From assembly GCA_965230295.1 (NCBI GenBank), contig OZ246001.1, forward strand, positions 1,056,001 to 1,120,000: DNA of 64,000 nt. The letters run 5' to 3'. The notes beneath the pieces are model-generated. The model was not told the origin of the DNA. It searched no databases and saw only the letters and a program-made list of their open reading frames with translations. Of the stretch, positions 26,499 through 37,788 are shown piece by piece (the stretch's first letter is position 1; every line of letters starts with the position of its first letter). This stretch comes from Marinicella sp. (GTDB lineage Bacteria > Pseudomonadota > Gammaproteobacteria > Xanthomonadales > Marinicellaceae). The translations under genes and the position numbers were made by a program.

Positions 26499-28763
26499 TT
26501 AAGCGGCCATTTTCTTTAACCTGTTCATGATTTTACTCAACGCATTTCTGAAATACCCCCCTTCAGGTAAATCCACTTTTATTATGTTCTTCCGTTGAAT
26601 ATCAATGGCCAGTCTTGGCAATTTCATTTTATGTGGGTGTCTGCCTACCAAGTCAACAAACAACACAGTTTCACTCATGGTACTAACCCAACTGAGCTTC
26701 CTTCTTAACATATCCTTTTGTTGATTCACCACAAAGTCAAACAAGGATCCATATGGCATGTTAATCACTTTTTCCATGATCAACCTTTCTTCGTCATTCA
26801 GCTCTCTGATTTCTTCAATTTTTTTGTTGGCAGTTTCAACTTCTTGACTTTTCACTGCTTCATCAATAGACAACACCTTTTTCAGAACAGGTGGTTTGGC
26901 TTCCTTATCCTCCTCATCGCTCTCTTGCCAACCCAAACAGGTGTGGATGTTGTCTTTGGTTGAGATTCGGTCACGTTTTGAAAAACCCAATTCATCCATG
27001 GTTTGGTCTAAATGATGCATGGCCGCTAATTTATCCGGTCCACTGAGCTTCATGAATTCTTTTTTATTGCCAATTTGCGAAATGATCTTGGCGGATTGGG
27101 TTTTCTTTTCCCACTGCTCAGATTCTTTACCTTCACGCAGTAAAGTTAAGGTCAAAGAATCTTTCCATACGTGGTGAATGATGTCTTTAATGAATTTGAC
27201 ATCACACCCTTCCAGTATTTTTTCCAAATGCGCTTCAACTTGCGATTTGGTGACCTCCATTTTTTCTTTGCCCTGCGCAGCACTGATCCATTTTTGTTCG
27301 GCTTTTTGTGCACGGTTCTCAGTAACCTCGAGGTATTGAGACAATTCTTTAAGCGCATTAACGAATGAATGGGTGGACCCATCAAAAGATTTAGCGGCTG
27401 AATCACTGTACTGGTGGATTTTTTTGATGACATTGGTACCATGCCATTTTTGCGATGACTCCACCAACAACTCCATGAACTTACGTGCAGGATGGGCGGC
27501 ATCAGTGAAGAAGTTTTCATCGTTGACTGCCATGCGAAGCAAAGGCACATTGATGGCATTGAAGGAAGATCTGATGTGTGAATCGATGCTTTCATCTTGC
27601 TCGATCTCATCATAGACCATACCCATTAAATCCAAGGTCTTGTTTTGTTTGGGTGACAACTCTGGGTAGTAATTTCCGGTGTTGTTTTTCACCTGATCAG
27701 CCAACATTTCCTTTAAGTTGTGGATATTTTTACTGGTGGCCACCACACCAGATTCCTGGGAAATTTGTGCCAAAGCCTGATCAAAATCGTTATCGGCAAT
27801 ACTCTGTGCCGGGTTGCCTTGCGCGTTCTGTCCAGCTTGAGCACTTTGCACGGCAGATCCTCTTGGCGGAGACAACAGATCAAATATAGACTCCACCAGT
27901 TGTTTGGTTTGGGGATCGAACTGCCTGGTTTGAGGCTGGTAATCACCCGCTGCGATGCCTGCTTGTTGGCCGCCCTGTGGATGAGCCGCAGCACCGCCAG
28001 CACCACCAGCCTGACCTGCCGGGCCAGGAGCAAAGCCACCCGCATCTCCTGGAACTCCAGGATCCTGTTGTGCTTGATCAGCTTCCACTGCACTTTCATC
28101 AGGAGCACCTACAGGTTTGGGTGCAGCTTGACTTCTTTGTGGCTTACTGACTTCTGGTTGGATGTTGGGCAAGATGCCTGCATCAATAAACACTTGGTTT
28201 ATTTCATGGTAGGCTTGGTTGATGTTGCGGCTGAATTCTTTGGTGACAAAATCAATGATCATGGTTTTGACCTGCACCGCAAACTCAATCGATTTGAAAG
28301 CATGACTGAACAACCAAACGATTGAAGCTGGAGAAAATGGCATGTTGGTTTTGTCAATCTGCTCATTGCCAAAAATCACATTCATGCGTTTTTCCAAGGT
28401 ATAAAGCTCGCCATGACTCACCACCTCTAAAGTTGAGTCCAATTGTGTCAGCGACAATGAGATTGACAACTCTTCGTCTTCAACCAATGACAAAGACATT
28501 TTCTTGTCTGATTTATTGACTTCTGCTGAAATGAATTCTGGCATCGATTTGATTTTGGTGCGCATCACCTGGGAAAAGGCTTTGGCACCATTTTTTAATT
28601 GCCGGTATTGATTGAACAGCTCCTGTTCATCTTGATTGGAAGTGGCATTTTCTGCCAGATGAAATAACTTCTTCAAAGTTAAGCCCATGGCCTCTTTCAA
28701 GTTCACCTGAAGATGCTTATCGAAGATGACAATACATTCACTTAATATCTTATTTTTATTCAT
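26499..28763 (-). CDS. DUF1631-family protein
   Basis: LSLVEDEELS, NMPFSP, FIDAGILP, VPLLRMAVNDENFF…HPAR and KLSWVS…LFV motifs, with an Ala/Gly/Gln linker. Confidence 0.8.
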   Translation of the reverse strand: MNKNKILSECIVIFDKHLQVNLKEAMGLTLKKLFHLAENATSNQDEQELFNQYRQLKNGAKAFSQVMRTKIKSMPEFISAEVNKSDKKMSLSLVEDEELSISLSLTQLDSTLEVVSHGELYTLEKRMNVIFGNEQIDKTNMPFSPASIVWLFSHAFKSIEFAVQVKTMIIDFVTKEFSRNINQAYHEINQVFIDAGILPNIQPEVSKPQRSQAAPKPVGAPDESAVEADQAQQDPGVPGDAGGFAPGPAGQAGGAGGAAAHPQGGQQAGIAAGDYQPQTRQFDPQTKQLVESIFDLLSPPRGSAVQSAQAGQNAQGNPAQSIADNDFDQALAQISQESGVVATSKNIHNLKEMLADQVKNNTGNYYPELSPKQNKTLDLMGMVYDEIEQDESIDSHIRSSFNAINVPLLRMAVNDENFFTDAAHPARKFMELLVESSQKWHGTNVIKKIHQYSDSAAKSFDGSTHSFVNALKELSQYLEVTENRAQKAEQKWISAAQGKEKMEVTKSQVEAHLEKILEGCDVKFIKDIIHHVWKDSLTLTLLREGKESEQWEKKTQSAKIISQIGNKKEFMKLSGPDKLAAMHHLDQTMDELGFSKRDRISTKDNIHTCLGWQESDEEDKEAKPPVLKKVLSIDEAVKSQEVETANKKIEEIRELNDEERLIMEKVINMPYGSLFDFVVNQQKDMLRRKLSWVSTMSETVLFVDLVGRHPHKMKLPRLAIDIQRKNIIKVDLPEGGYFRNALSKIMNRLKKMAA

Positions 28764-28963
28764 GATCCCAGCTTTTTTTATTTTTACATCATCTGTTTTT
28801 GCATCCTTTGACCCGTTGTCTGCTCGGTCAAAATGTACATCAACTAGACAACATACTTACACACAACCCTAATAAATAAAGTACAAGATAGCTCTTGGAT
28901 TTGCAAGAAATATCACAACCAGAAAGGACTTCCGGTTGTGACACATCGAATGAAAATTGAAAA

Positions 28964-29563
28964 TTATCGTTTGAAAAAGCCGCTGAGTAAGCCAGAGCCT
29001 TGTTTCAGTATGTCTGACAAATCGACATCACCGTCTCCATCACCATCCAACGCTTTTTCTAAAAAGCCCAAGTTGGGTTGTTGCTTCTTGATGGTTTTGC
29101 GCTCATTACTCAACAAATCCTGCAAGCCTGAAACACCCAGATTATTATCCCGCTTGGCTTTACCCACAGCACCCAACACCACAGGGGCCAAATTGGCCAA
29201 AATTTTGGTGACATCGCCGCTACCTAAACCGGTGGCTTTCCCCAACTGATTGGAGACATTGTTTTGACGCTGCCCTAAGACATGTCCCAGTATTTTTTCA
29301 CCCATAGATTGGTTTTGAGCACCACCCAACAAGGATCCCAGGTTACCCAGGATGCTGCCATCATGTCCTTTGTCTAGGGCATTGGCCAATGATTGTGCAC
29401 CTTGTTCTGATTGGGCATTCTTTTGTAATGCTGACAACAACATAGGTACAGCTGCTGCGATGGCCCTTTGTGTGGCTTGCGAATTACCGCCCACTTGACG
29501 AGAAACTTGCTCAACCGCTTGTTGACCCAAACTGCCTTTAATTAAATCTAAAATTCCTGACAT
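28964..29563 (-). CDS. DUF937-family protein
   Basis: AAAVPMLLSAL…HDGSILGNL…GEKILGHVLG and C-terminal LDGDGDGDVDLSD. Start reassigned to MSGILD at 29563. Confidence 0.85.
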   Translation of the reverse strand: MSGILDLIKGSLGQQAVEQVSRQVGGNSQATQRAIAAAVPMLLSALQKNAQSEQGAQSLANALDKGHDGSILGNLGSLLGGAQNQSMGEKILGHVLGQRQNNVSNQLGKATGLGSGDVTKILANLAPVVLGAVGKAKRDNNLGVSGLQDLLSNERKTIKKQQPNLGFLEKALDGDGDGDVDLSDILKQGSGLLSGFFKR

Positions 29564-29764
29564 ATTTTTTCCTGTATAAATTAATGATGGATTTAAAATA
29601 AACCGAATCATGCATTTAAGCAAGCTGGGATTTGTCAACAATCTTTAAATTTACAGTATGCTGTCAAGAATGTCTTAAACATTTTCGCAATGACCTTTCA
29701 AGCGGTGTTTTTTTACACCTGTTCTGATTGAACACATGTGCCAAAAAGTGTCACCCTCTTAATT

Positions 29765-29791
29765 AAAAAAGGCAGCTGATGGCTGCCTTTT
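29765..29791 (-). terminator. Intrinsic terminator after gap
   Basis: AAAAAAGGCAGC-tgatg-GCTGCCTTTT. Confidence 0.8.
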
Positions 29792-29818
29792 GATTTCATG
29801 CTTGGATAAGTAACCTGA

Positions 29819-31291
29819 TCAGCTGTTTGGGTAAGTTGGCCAACGGACACCAGCAAATTTTTCTAAACAACGAACCACTTGACATGAATAACCAAATTCA
29901 TTGTCATACCAACAATACAACACCACATGATTGCCTTCTACAATGGTCGCTTGTGAATCAATCACACAAGCTTGTCTGGAACCAACAAAGTCAGTTGAGA
30001 CCGCTTCAGTTGAAATGGTGTAACCAATTTGTTGTTGCAATCTGGAGTGCAGTGACTTGCGACGCAAGAATTCATTAAGCTCAGCCAAGTCAGTGTCCTT
30101 ACCCAATTGAATGTTCAATATCGCCATTGAGACATTTGGGGTGGGCACTCGAATGGCATTCCCTGTTAATTTACCAGCCAACTCAGGCAATACTTTGGCC
30201 ACAGCTTTGGCCGCACCAGTGGATGTAAGTACCATGTTCAAAGCAGCACTGCGTCCACGTCGATCCTTGTTGTGGTAGTTATCAATCAAATTCTGATCAT
30301 TGGTATATGCATGCACTGTTTCAATATGACCATGGCTGATGCCGTACTCCTCATTCAAGCACTTGAGCACTGGCACGATGGCATTGGTGGTGCATGATGC
30401 CGCACAAATCACATCTTTATCTTCTGTGATCAAGTCATGATTGATGCCGTATACGATGTTTGGAATGTCACCTTTGGCCGGTGCTGTTAACAACACCTTA
30501 GATGCACCTGGCCTCAAGTGACCACGTAAACCAGCTTCATCTTTCCATACGCCAGTGTTATCAACAATCAACGCATTGTTGATACCGTGCTCAGTGTAAT
30601 CAATGTCCTGTGGCGAATTGGCATAAATGATCTGCACTTCATTACCGTTGATGACCAATTTATTCTGCTCATGCAACACACGGATGGTGCCGTTGAATTT
30701 ACCGTGCACAGAATCTTTTCGCAACAAAGCTGCACGTTTTTCCAGGTCATTGTCTGCCTTGCTTTTTCGAATCACAATGGCTTTAAGTACCAGTACATCA
30801 CCGCCACCAGTTTTATCAACCAACAAGCGGGCAATCAGACGCCCGATTCGACCGAAGCCATAAAGAACGACATCCTGGGGTTTTTCCAAAGGTTTGGCAT
30901 CAGAATCAATCAAGTGTGACAATTCTTGTTTCACATAGGCATCAACATCTGATTGTTCAATGTCATCGTAACTGTTGGTTTTGAAATAACGATAGACCAT
31001 TTTACCCACATCAATGTGGGCTGGGCCCAATGGCAACTCAGAAATCGCTTTGATAAAAGGAAACGTTTCATACTCGCTGAGTTCACTGGCCTCAACTTGA
31101 CGAACAAAACGGTGGGCTTTCATCAAATCAGTCACTGATTGATTGATCATGCGTTTGCCATACATATACAAAGAAACATTGCGGCGACGGTACATGCGGC
31201 CAATCAAAGGAATCATGCCTTCAGCCAAGGCTTCTCTTTCTTTCCAATCTGCAAAAAATTCAGTTGGTAACGGTCTATTTTCTTCAGTCAT
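29819..31291 (-). CDS. gap: Glyceraldehyde-3-phosphate dehydrogenase, long form with an N-terminal extension
   Basis: GFGRIGR, ASCTTN (catalytic Cys), STGAAKA and WYDNEFGY motifs, with ~135 extra N-terminal residues. Confidence 0.93.
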   Translation of the reverse strand: MTEENRPLPTEFFADWKEREALAEGMIPLIGRMYRRRNVSLYMYGKRMINQSVTDLMKAHRFVRQVEASELSEYETFPFIKAISELPLGPAHIDVGKMVYRYFKTNSYDDIEQSDVDAYVKQELSHLIDSDAKPLEKPQDVVLYGFGRIGRLIARLLVDKTGGGDVLVLKAIVIRKSKADNDLEKRAALLRKDSVHGKFNGTIRVLHEQNKLVINGNEVQIIYANSPQDIDYTEHGINNALIVDNTGVWKDEAGLRGHLRPGASKVLLTAPAKGDIPNIVYGINHDLITEDKDVICAASCTTNAIVPVLKCLNEEYGISHGHIETVHAYTNDQNLIDNYHNKDRRGRSAALNMVLTSTGAAKAVAKVLPELAGKLTGNAIRVPTPNVSMAILNIQLGKDTDLAELNEFLRRKSLHSRLQQQIGYTISTEAVSTDFVGSRQACVIDSQATIVEGNHVVLYCWYDNEFGYSCQVVRCLEKFAGVRWPTYPNS

Positions 31292-31350
31292 TACTTCTCC
31301 AGCACTCAGCTATCAGTGAAATTCAAAGGGTGGCTTATAATTGGGCGCAT

Positions 31351-31359
31351 ATTCTACCA
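31351..31359 (-). promoter_or_regulatory. Extended -10 promoter element for gap
   Basis: Minus strand TGGTAGAAT followed by ATGCGCCC. Confidence 0.45.
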
Positions 31360-31435
31360 TTTAAAGTTCTTTCTGTGCAGGCTGCATATATTTAATTTGA
31401 TGAACAAAAAACTACCCAAAAATATTTTTTTATAT

Positions 31436-31447
31436 TAGAATGCGCGC
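31436..31447 (+). promoter_or_regulatory. -10 box plus GC-rich discriminator of the tRNA promoter
   Basis: TAGAAT-GCGCGC about 30 nt before the tRNA, typical of stringently controlled stable-RNA promoters. Confidence 0.55.
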
Positions 31448-31477
31448 TCTCGATTCATTGAGTTGAACCACCTATTC

Positions 31478-31554
31478 GGAGCGGTAGTTCAGTTGGTTAG
31501 AATACCGGCCTGTCACGCCGGGGGTCGCGGGTTCGAGTCCCGTCCGCTCCGCCA
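31478..31554 (+). tRNA. tRNA-Asp (GTC)
   Basis: GGAGCGG…CCGCTCC acceptor stem, anticodon loop CTGTCAC, TTCGAG T-loop and encoded CCA; 77 nt. Confidence 0.98.
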
Positions 31555-31641
31555 TTCATCAAGCACACAGAAAACACCCTTAAGAACGGTTGAATTTCAG
31601 CTGTATTCAGTTAATATAACGTTTTGAAAATTTTAAGTGTT

Positions 31642-33540
31642 ATGAGACTGATCCTACTTTCATTTGTTTTCCTCTGCAGCTGTGCCAATCAAGACTATGC
31701 CAACACCAAACCCAACAAAATAGTTGAGCAACAATCGCAATCCCGACCAGACCCCCACTCATTTGCGATGCCCAACGCAGTCAAAGTCAAACACCTTGAA
31801 CTGGATTTAGAAGTGCATTTTAAACAGCAAATTTTAGATGGATTTGTTGTTTTACACTATGATGTTTTGGATGAAAACGCCAAGCAACTGAAACTTGACA
31901 CCAGAGATTTGAAAATCAAACGAGTGGAAGTCATGAACAACAATAAAAACCGAAAATTGTTGTGGCGCAAAGGGCAAAGTGCCACAGGACTTGGCACTGA
32001 ACTGACCGTGGACCTGCCTCAAGACCATGCACCCATAAAAATTGTTTACCAAACCATGCCTCAAGCATCCGGCTTACAGTGGCTATCACCTGAGCAAACC
32101 AGTGGGCAGCAGCAACCATTCATGTTTTCCCAATCACAAGCCATTCACGCCAGGAGTTGGATACCGCTACAAGACACGCCTTCAGTCAGGGTGACATACA
32201 ACGCCACCATCAGGACCAAACCAGAAGCCAGGGCTGTATTGAGTGCCGACAACAACAACCAAGCCACCACAGATGGCGTTCATCATTTCACCATGGACCA
32301 AGCCATTCCGGCTTACTTGATTGCCATCGCTGTTGGCGATTTGGAGTTCAATCCCATCAGTGAGCATGTGACCGTGTATGCAGAACAAGAGGTTTTGGCT
32401 GCTGCTGCCTATGAATTTGCGGCCACCGAAGACATGATCACAGCCACAGAAGCCTTGTATGGCCCATACCGTTGGGGTCAATATGATTTGTTGGTGTTGC
32501 CACCCAGTTTTCCTTTTGGCGGTATGGAAAATCCCAAATTGTCTCACATCACCCCAACCATCATTGCCGGTGACCGATCACTTGATTCTCTGATTGCTCA
32601 TGAATTGGCGCACTCCTGGTCAGGAAATTTGGTCACCAATGCCTTGTGGCAGGATGCCTGGCTGAACGAAGGATTCACCACGTACATCGAATCCAGGATC
32701 ACCGAAGCGGTGCACGGACGTGAGCGCATGGTCATGGAAGGTGCTTTGTCATACCAAGCACTGGTGGCATCAATGCAAGACATGAGCGAACAACAGCAAA
32801 TGTTGGTGGGGTTGACACCAAGCGAAGATCCAGATGACCATTTCACCTCAGTCACATATGACAAAGGCCGATTCTTTCTGGAATGGATGGAACAACAAGT
32901 GGGCAGAAATGCATTCGATGAATTCCTCAACAAGTATTTCAATCACTTTGCTTTTCAAAGCATCAGTACCACAGACTTTTTAGACTTTTTCAGCCAACAT
33001 TTGTTGCAGGATCAATCTGATAAAATCACCATGAGCCAAGTGAAAGCCTGGTTGTTTGAACCTGGCATCCCTGAATTCTTCACGCCACCAACCACCGAAA
33101 GGTTTGCGAAAATTGATACCGTGGTGAAGGCTTGGCAACAAGGCGTCATAGAGACCGATCAAATCAACAGCCAACAATGGACCACCCAAGAATGGTTACA
33201 TTTTTTACGGGCATTACCAGATCAGTTGTCACAGCAGCAACTGCAAAGCCTTGACCAAACATTCGGCTTTACCCAAAGACAGAACAGTGAAATCGCCCAT
33301 GATTGGCTGTTGATCAGTATCAACAACCAATACCAGGCAGCCTACCCAAGACTGATTGAATACCTGAATGGCATAGGTCGTGTGAAATTAATCAAACCCC
33401 TTTATGAAGCCATGATGGATCATGAAGACTTACACAACTTTGCCAGACAGATTTATCACAAGGCCAGACCGGGGTACCACAACATTGCAACCGCTCAAAT
33501 CGATTTGATTGTGAAATATAACGGCAGTGCGATGCAATGA
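31642..33540 (+). CDS. M1-family aminopeptidase (LTA4H-like), predicted lipoprotein
   Basis: GGMEN and HELAH-x18-E motifs; lipobox-like LCSC after MRLILLSFVF. Confidence 0.92.
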   Translation: MRLILLSFVFLCSCANQDYANTKPNKIVEQQSQSRPDPHSFAMPNAVKVKHLELDLEVHFKQQILDGFVVLHYDVLDENAKQLKLDTRDLKIKRVEVMNNNKNRKLLWRKGQSATGLGTELTVDLPQDHAPIKIVYQTMPQASGLQWLSPEQTSGQQQPFMFSQSQAIHARSWIPLQDTPSVRVTYNATIRTKPEARAVLSADNNNQATTDGVHHFTMDQAIPAYLIAIAVGDLEFNPISEHVTVYAEQEVLAAAAYEFAATEDMITATEALYGPYRWGQYDLLVLPPSFPFGGMENPKLSHITPTIIAGDRSLDSLIAHELAHSWSGNLVTNALWQDAWLNEGFTTYIESRITEAVHGRERMVMEGALSYQALVASMQDMSEQQQMLVGLTPSEDPDDHFTSVTYDKGRFFLEWMEQQVGRNAFDEFLNKYFNHFAFQSISTTDFLDFFSQHLLQDQSDKITMSQVKAWLFEPGIPEFFTPPTTERFAKIDTVVKAWQQGVIETDQINSQQWTTQEWLHFLRALPDQLSQQQLQSLDQTFGFTQRQNSEIAHDWLLISINNQYQAAYPRLIEYLNGIGRVKLIKPLYEAMMDHEDLHNFARQIYHKARPGYHNIATAQIDLIVKYNGSAMQ

Positions 33541-33652
33541 TTGAGTTCAAGACTCGATCGCTTGCTAGAAGTGCATCAGGTTTATCGGATCATTAACAGT
33601 GTGGTCATTCAGCAACCAGCTAATTGATTACATTTAATATCGGCTTTGTTGA

Positions 33653-35893
33653 TCAGCTGTTCAACATTTCTTTAAGCTGGTCTTTGATTGGCAGTCGCCT
33701 GATGCGTACGCCACTGGCAGCAAAAATAGCGTTGGTTAATGCCGGAGCCACTGGTGGTAATGGAATTTCACCCACACCCGCTGGCTCATCGCCGTAATTA
33801 ACAATGTGTACTTCCAATTGTTCAGGCATATCCTGTTGGCGCAACAAAGGGTAATCATGAAAATTACTCTGAACCACTTTGCCATTTTTGACAGTAATTT
33901 CCAGATTCAATGCCGTGCTCAAAGCATCGATGGTCCCTCCTTGCATCTGAGCTTCGACGCCTCTGGGATTAACTGCAAACCCACAATCAATGGCCCCTAT
34001 AATGCGGTGAATGGTCAACCCTCCTGTGGCCGACACACTGACCTCACATGCGTGGGCTGCATAACCTCCAAAAGTAAAATGAGTGGCAATACCAACACCA
34101 CGTCCCTGGGGTCTTGGTTGATTGAAATTAATTTTTTCTGCCACCAATTTCAACAAGGTAGATAAACGGCCCGGATTAAAAACGGGCCCACCATGATTTT
34201 CATAGGGAATGTCTCTGGATTCACCAAGTAAACTCAATTGAAAATCCAACGGATTCTGTTTGGTTTCATGGGCCAATTCATCAATAAAACTTTGAATCAC
34301 GAAGCCGTTGGCCGTGTGTGCCGGTGCACGCCATGACCCCCTGGGCATACCAGATTTAGCAGAGTGGTATTCAACATGGTAATCCTTAATGATGTTGGCA
34401 GGATAATCATCTTTATATAATTCGGCGTTGGCATAATCAGTTTCTGGCACATTGGCCCGGCGATAATACTTGCTGGCTGATGCCAACCGGTGTTGCCAAG
34501 CCACCAGTTGTCCATTTTTATTGAGCCCTGCATGCATTTCATGAATGCCAGAAGGTCGATAAAAATCATGTTTGATGTCATCTTCCCGAGACCACTGCAA
34601 CTTAATTGGCAGGCCAGTAGCCTTAGAAATAATGCAGGCTTCTGCCACATAATCATTGGTTAAACGGCGACCAAAACCGCCGCCCACTCGCGTCATCTCA
34701 ACTTTGATCATCAACCGATCAATGCCTGTTTCTGCTGCTGCCGCACGGGATGCCCCACTGGGCATTTGCGTAGGAACAATGATGTGTGCCTGGTTATCTT
34801 GAACATGGGCAAAACAATTTTGCGGTTCCAATGGTGCATGAGACACGAAAGGAACCTCGTATTGATGACTGATTCGTGTGGCGGATTGTTTATACGCGCT
34901 TGGAAAATCTCCATCATTGCGAATGGTTTGACCAGTGGTTTTAAGCAACGCTTGTAAATGAGCTCGAAATGACTCTGTTGATTCTTGTTGGAACGGGCCT
35001 GGTTCCCACTCAACCTCCAGAGCTGCCACTCCTTGCATCGCTGCCCATGTGTTTTCTGCCACAACCGCCACACCGCTGGCCAAAATGTTATATGGCGCTC
35101 CTGAAGCGGGACCATCCACCCGCAAAGTCCTGATCACACCTGGCACCTCAAGACATTTACTGTCATCATATGACTTCACACGCCCATCCAATTCAGGCGA
35201 TCTTTTAATCATGGCCACTTTCATGCCTTCAACAAATGTATCAATACCGTATTTGGCCTCACCTTTGACAACATCTCTGACTGAAAGGGCGTTTTGCGGT
35301 TTGCCCAAAATGCGAAAGTTTTTAGGGTCTTTCAGCTTAATCTTCTCATCTGACACGGGTTGTTTAGACGCCAGTGATATCAAATCAGCATAGCTGGATT
35401 TTTGTGCTGTATCTGGACCATAAACATGACCGGTTTCTGTGCGGCACTGTGCTGGTTCGATTTGCCACAACTTGGCTGCTGCAGCTATGAACTGCTGCCT
35501 GGCCTGGGCGCCCACTTCCCGCATGAACATCCAGTTGCCACTGGTGCCAGTGCTGCCACCGACGCCTTGGCCACCATATTTCCAAGTAAAACCATCGTTA
35601 GTTTTCAAAATTCCTAAAGGCATTTGTCTGACTTCAACTTGGGACCAACTCAAATCCAACTCTTCTGCCACCATCATGGGTAACACCGTTCGCACGCCTT
35701 GCCCGATTTCCGGTTGGTTACTGCCTATGACAACTTGATTGTTGGCCTTGACCTCAATGAAAAATCCCAATTTGTTATCAGCACCTTTAGACCCACTTGC
35801 GAATGCCGGGACACCAAACAACAACCCACCTGAAGCGGTCATACCTGTAATGAGGAACTGTCTTCGAGTCAACCCTGAAAATGATTTTTTCAT
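33653..35893 (-). CDS. iorB: Isoquinoline 1-oxidoreductase beta-subunit-like molybdoenzyme (xanthine dehydrogenase family)
   Basis: Tat-like [30 protein letters not shown] and GVGEIPLPP motifs. Confidence 0.88.
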   Translation of the reverse strand: MKKSFSGLTRRQFLITGMTASGGLLFGVPAFASGSKGADNKLGFFIEVKANNQVVIGSNQPEIGQGVRTVLPMMVAEELDLSWSQVEVRQMPLGILKTNDGFTWKYGGQGVGGSTGTSGNWMFMREVGAQARQQFIAAAAKLWQIEPAQCRTETGHVYGPDTAQKSSYADLISLASKQPVSDEKIKLKDPKNFRILGKPQNALSVRDVVKGEAKYGIDTFVEGMKVAMIKRSPELDGRVKSYDDSKCLEVPGVIRTLRVDGPASGAPYNILASGVAVVAENTWAAMQGVAALEVEWEPGPFQQESTESFRAHLQALLKTTGQTIRNDGDFPSAYKQSATRISHQYEVPFVSHAPLEPQNCFAHVQDNQAHIIVPTQMPSGASRAAAAETGIDRLMIKVEMTRVGGGFGRRLTNDYVAEACIISKATGLPIKLQWSREDDIKHDFYRPSGIHEMHAGLNKNGQLVAWQHRLASASKYYRRANVPETDYANAELYKDDYPANIIKDYHVEYHSAKSGMPRGSWRAPAHTANGFVIQSFIDELAHETKQNPLDFQLSLLGESRDIPYENHGGPVFNPGRLSTLLKLVAEKINFNQPRPQGRGVGIATHFTFGGYAAHACEVSVSATGGLTIHRIIGAIDCGFAVNPRGVEAQMQGGTIDALSTALNLEITVKNGKVVQSNFHDYPLLRQQDMPEQLEVHIVNYGDEPAGVGEIPLPPVAPALTNAIFAASGVRIRRLPIKDQLKEMLNS

Positions 35894-36360
35894 GATTCAC
35901 CTCGCTCTTGCATGATTTTGGCTGCATGATGGATGGCTTGGGAAACCCTCACATAAGTGCCACAGCGGCACAAGTTTGTCATCGCGGCCTTGATGTCTGT
36001 GTCTGTTGGATTGGGGTTCTTGCTCAGCAAATCTGTGGCGGCCATGATTTGTCCTGATTGACAATATCCACATTGTGGCACATCATGTTCTATCCAGGCT
36101 TGTTGGACTGGTGTCAGTTTTTCACCTTCGGCAAGCCCTTCAATAGTGGTTACAGCTTTATCTTTGATCCCGCCAACGGCTGTCACACAAGACCGGATCA
36201 ACTGCCCATCCAAGTGCACCGAGCATGCACCACATTGTCCTATACCACAGCCAAATTTAGTGCCGGTCATTTGTAACTCATCTCGAATGACCCACAACAA
36301 GGGTGTTTGGGGATCGCCCTCAAATTGAACCGACTGCCCGTTTACTTTGAAATGAATCAT
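35890..36360 (-). CDS. iorA: 2x[2Fe-2S] small subunit (IorA-like)
   Basis: [22 protein letters not shown] and CRCGTY motifs. Confidence 0.92.
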   Translation of the reverse strand: MIHFKVNGQSVQFEGDPQTPLLWVIRDELQMTGTKFGCGIGQCGACSVHLDGQLIRSCVTAVGGIKDKAVTTIEGLAEGEKLTPVQQAWIEHDVPQCGYCQSGQIMAATDLLSKNPNPTDTDIKAAMTNLCRCGTYVRVSQAIHHAAKIMQERGES

Positions 36361-36435
36361 AGCTACACCTGATTTGAAGTTTTATAATTATAGTAAGTGG
36401 TTCAACCAGATTGATGTAACTATAGTCATGTATTA

Positions 36436-36702
36436 GGGCCTGTTAACACTAAATAAATGACGATTGTTATGACTGAAAACATCACTATCAAGGCGCGAAT
36501 CGCGTGATTTGGCATGCCAATTGAGTGATGAGCAACGCAGGGTGTGGTGTTTTCAGCCTTAACCCATCGGGCTGGACCGGATTTTCCACCCACCGGCCTT
36601 AGCCAATCGTTCATGTGGAGTAACCACATATCACGATGGGTGGCGTTGTTGGCTGAAAAATACGGTTTCAGCAGTGGCCATTTATTTAGTATTAACAGGC
36701 CC
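36436..36702. mobile_element. MITE, 267 bp, with ~24-bp terminal inverted repeats and TA flanks
   Basis: TA|GGGCCTGTTAACACTAAATAAATG … CATTTATTTAGTATTAACAGGCCC|TA (1 mismatch). No transposase inside. Confidence 0.85.
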
Positions 36703-36813
36703 TAGCACCAATCACCCAATTTTGGCTCCAAGGTGTTTATAATAATGACCATTGCCAATTTTTCACGGGTTACCATTTAACACTGAAATCACGCTTTATA
36801 AACCTAAAATCAT

Positions 36814-37788
36814 ATGCTTGAACAAATCAGTTCCTTGTGGGACATTTTTTTACAAAAAAAATCAGCGGGACAACCGCTGGTATTAGGGACTTTGGTTAAA
36901 ACCACAGGGTCGAGTTATAAAAAAGCTGGCGCCATGATGTTGATTGAAGCAGATCGGACCACCCATGGCCTACTCAGCGGTGGCTGCCTGGAAGCTGATT
37001 TGGCAGAACATGCTGAGGCTGTCTTTAACAACCACCAACCCATCTCACTTGAGTATGACATGAGCGATGAGTCTATATTTGGTTTGGGTGCAGGCTGTGA
37101 TGGCACATTGCGGGTGGTTTTACAACTGATTGACGGAGACTATTTACCCTTCAGTGCTTTAGACCCTCGACCAGACCAAGCCACAGCAACCCAATTGTTC
37201 ATCAATTCAGATGCAAACAATGGTTCTCCAATCGGCAGTTTTTGGCTAAAGCAGCAGCAACATGTCATTGAATCAAAAACCAGAGTTCAGCGCGATGACC
37301 TACAACAAAACCAAATCCTGCATTACTTGCCACCACCCAAAGTGGTTGTTTGTGGCGCTGGCATCGATGTCACACCTTTGCTTGAAATGATGCACATTTT
37401 GCAGTGGCATGTTTATCTGGTAGATCATCGGCCAGGACGATTGAATGCTGATATACACCCCAAAGGGACACATTTGATCAAGGCAGAAAACCTGCTCAAA
37501 TCGACTGATACAAGTCATCTGACATTTGACGCAGCCATCATAATGACTCACAACCTGAAAAGGGACACTGAGTACCTTCAACATTTCTACCAGACCACCA
37601 CGCCTTGGATAGGGATGCTGGGCCCACCGCAAAGGCGCGATAAGGTGTTGGCAAGGACTCAACTGGAGATTGATGCCTTGTCAGACCGTTTACATGCACC
37701 CATCGGGCTAAATATTGGTGGCCACATGCCAGAACATATAGCGGTTTCCATCGTGGCTCAACTGCAAGAGTTCTTCAACCAATCATGA
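36814..37788 (+). CDS. XdhC/CoxI-family molybdenum cofactor insertion chaperone
   Basis: GSSYKKAGAMM, LSGGCLE, GAGCDG, MTHN, GMLGP and APIGL motifs. Confidence 0.9.
   Translation: MLEQISSLWDIFLQKKSAGQPLVLGTLVKTTGSSYKKAGAMMLIEADRTTHGLLSGGCLEADLAEHAEAVFNNHQPISLEYDMSDESIFGLGAGCDGTLRVVLQLIDGDYLPFSALDPRPDQATATQLFINSDANNGSPIGSFWLKQQQHVIESKTRVQRDDLQQNQILHYLPPPKVVVCGAGIDVTPLLEMMHILQWHVYLVDHRPGRLNADIHPKGTHLIKAENLLKSTDTSHLTFDAAIIMTHNLKRDTEYLQHFYQTTTPWIGMLGPPQRRDKVLARTQLEIDALSDRLHAPIGLNIGGHMPEHIAVSIVAQLQEFFNQS

Noticed and set aside
27800-28150. GC-rich low-complexity stretch in DUF1631 as an insertion
   Set aside because: It is in frame and encodes an Ala/Gly/Gln/Pro linker, with no element boundaries.
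31478-31640. tRNA-Asp as an integration site for an island
   Set aside because: No integrase and no duplicated tRNA 3' end seen in the window.
36426-36629. 67-aa ORF inside the MITE, and short ORFs at 55626-56033
   Set aside because: They lie in repeat DNA with no transposase or other motifs, so they are probably spurious.
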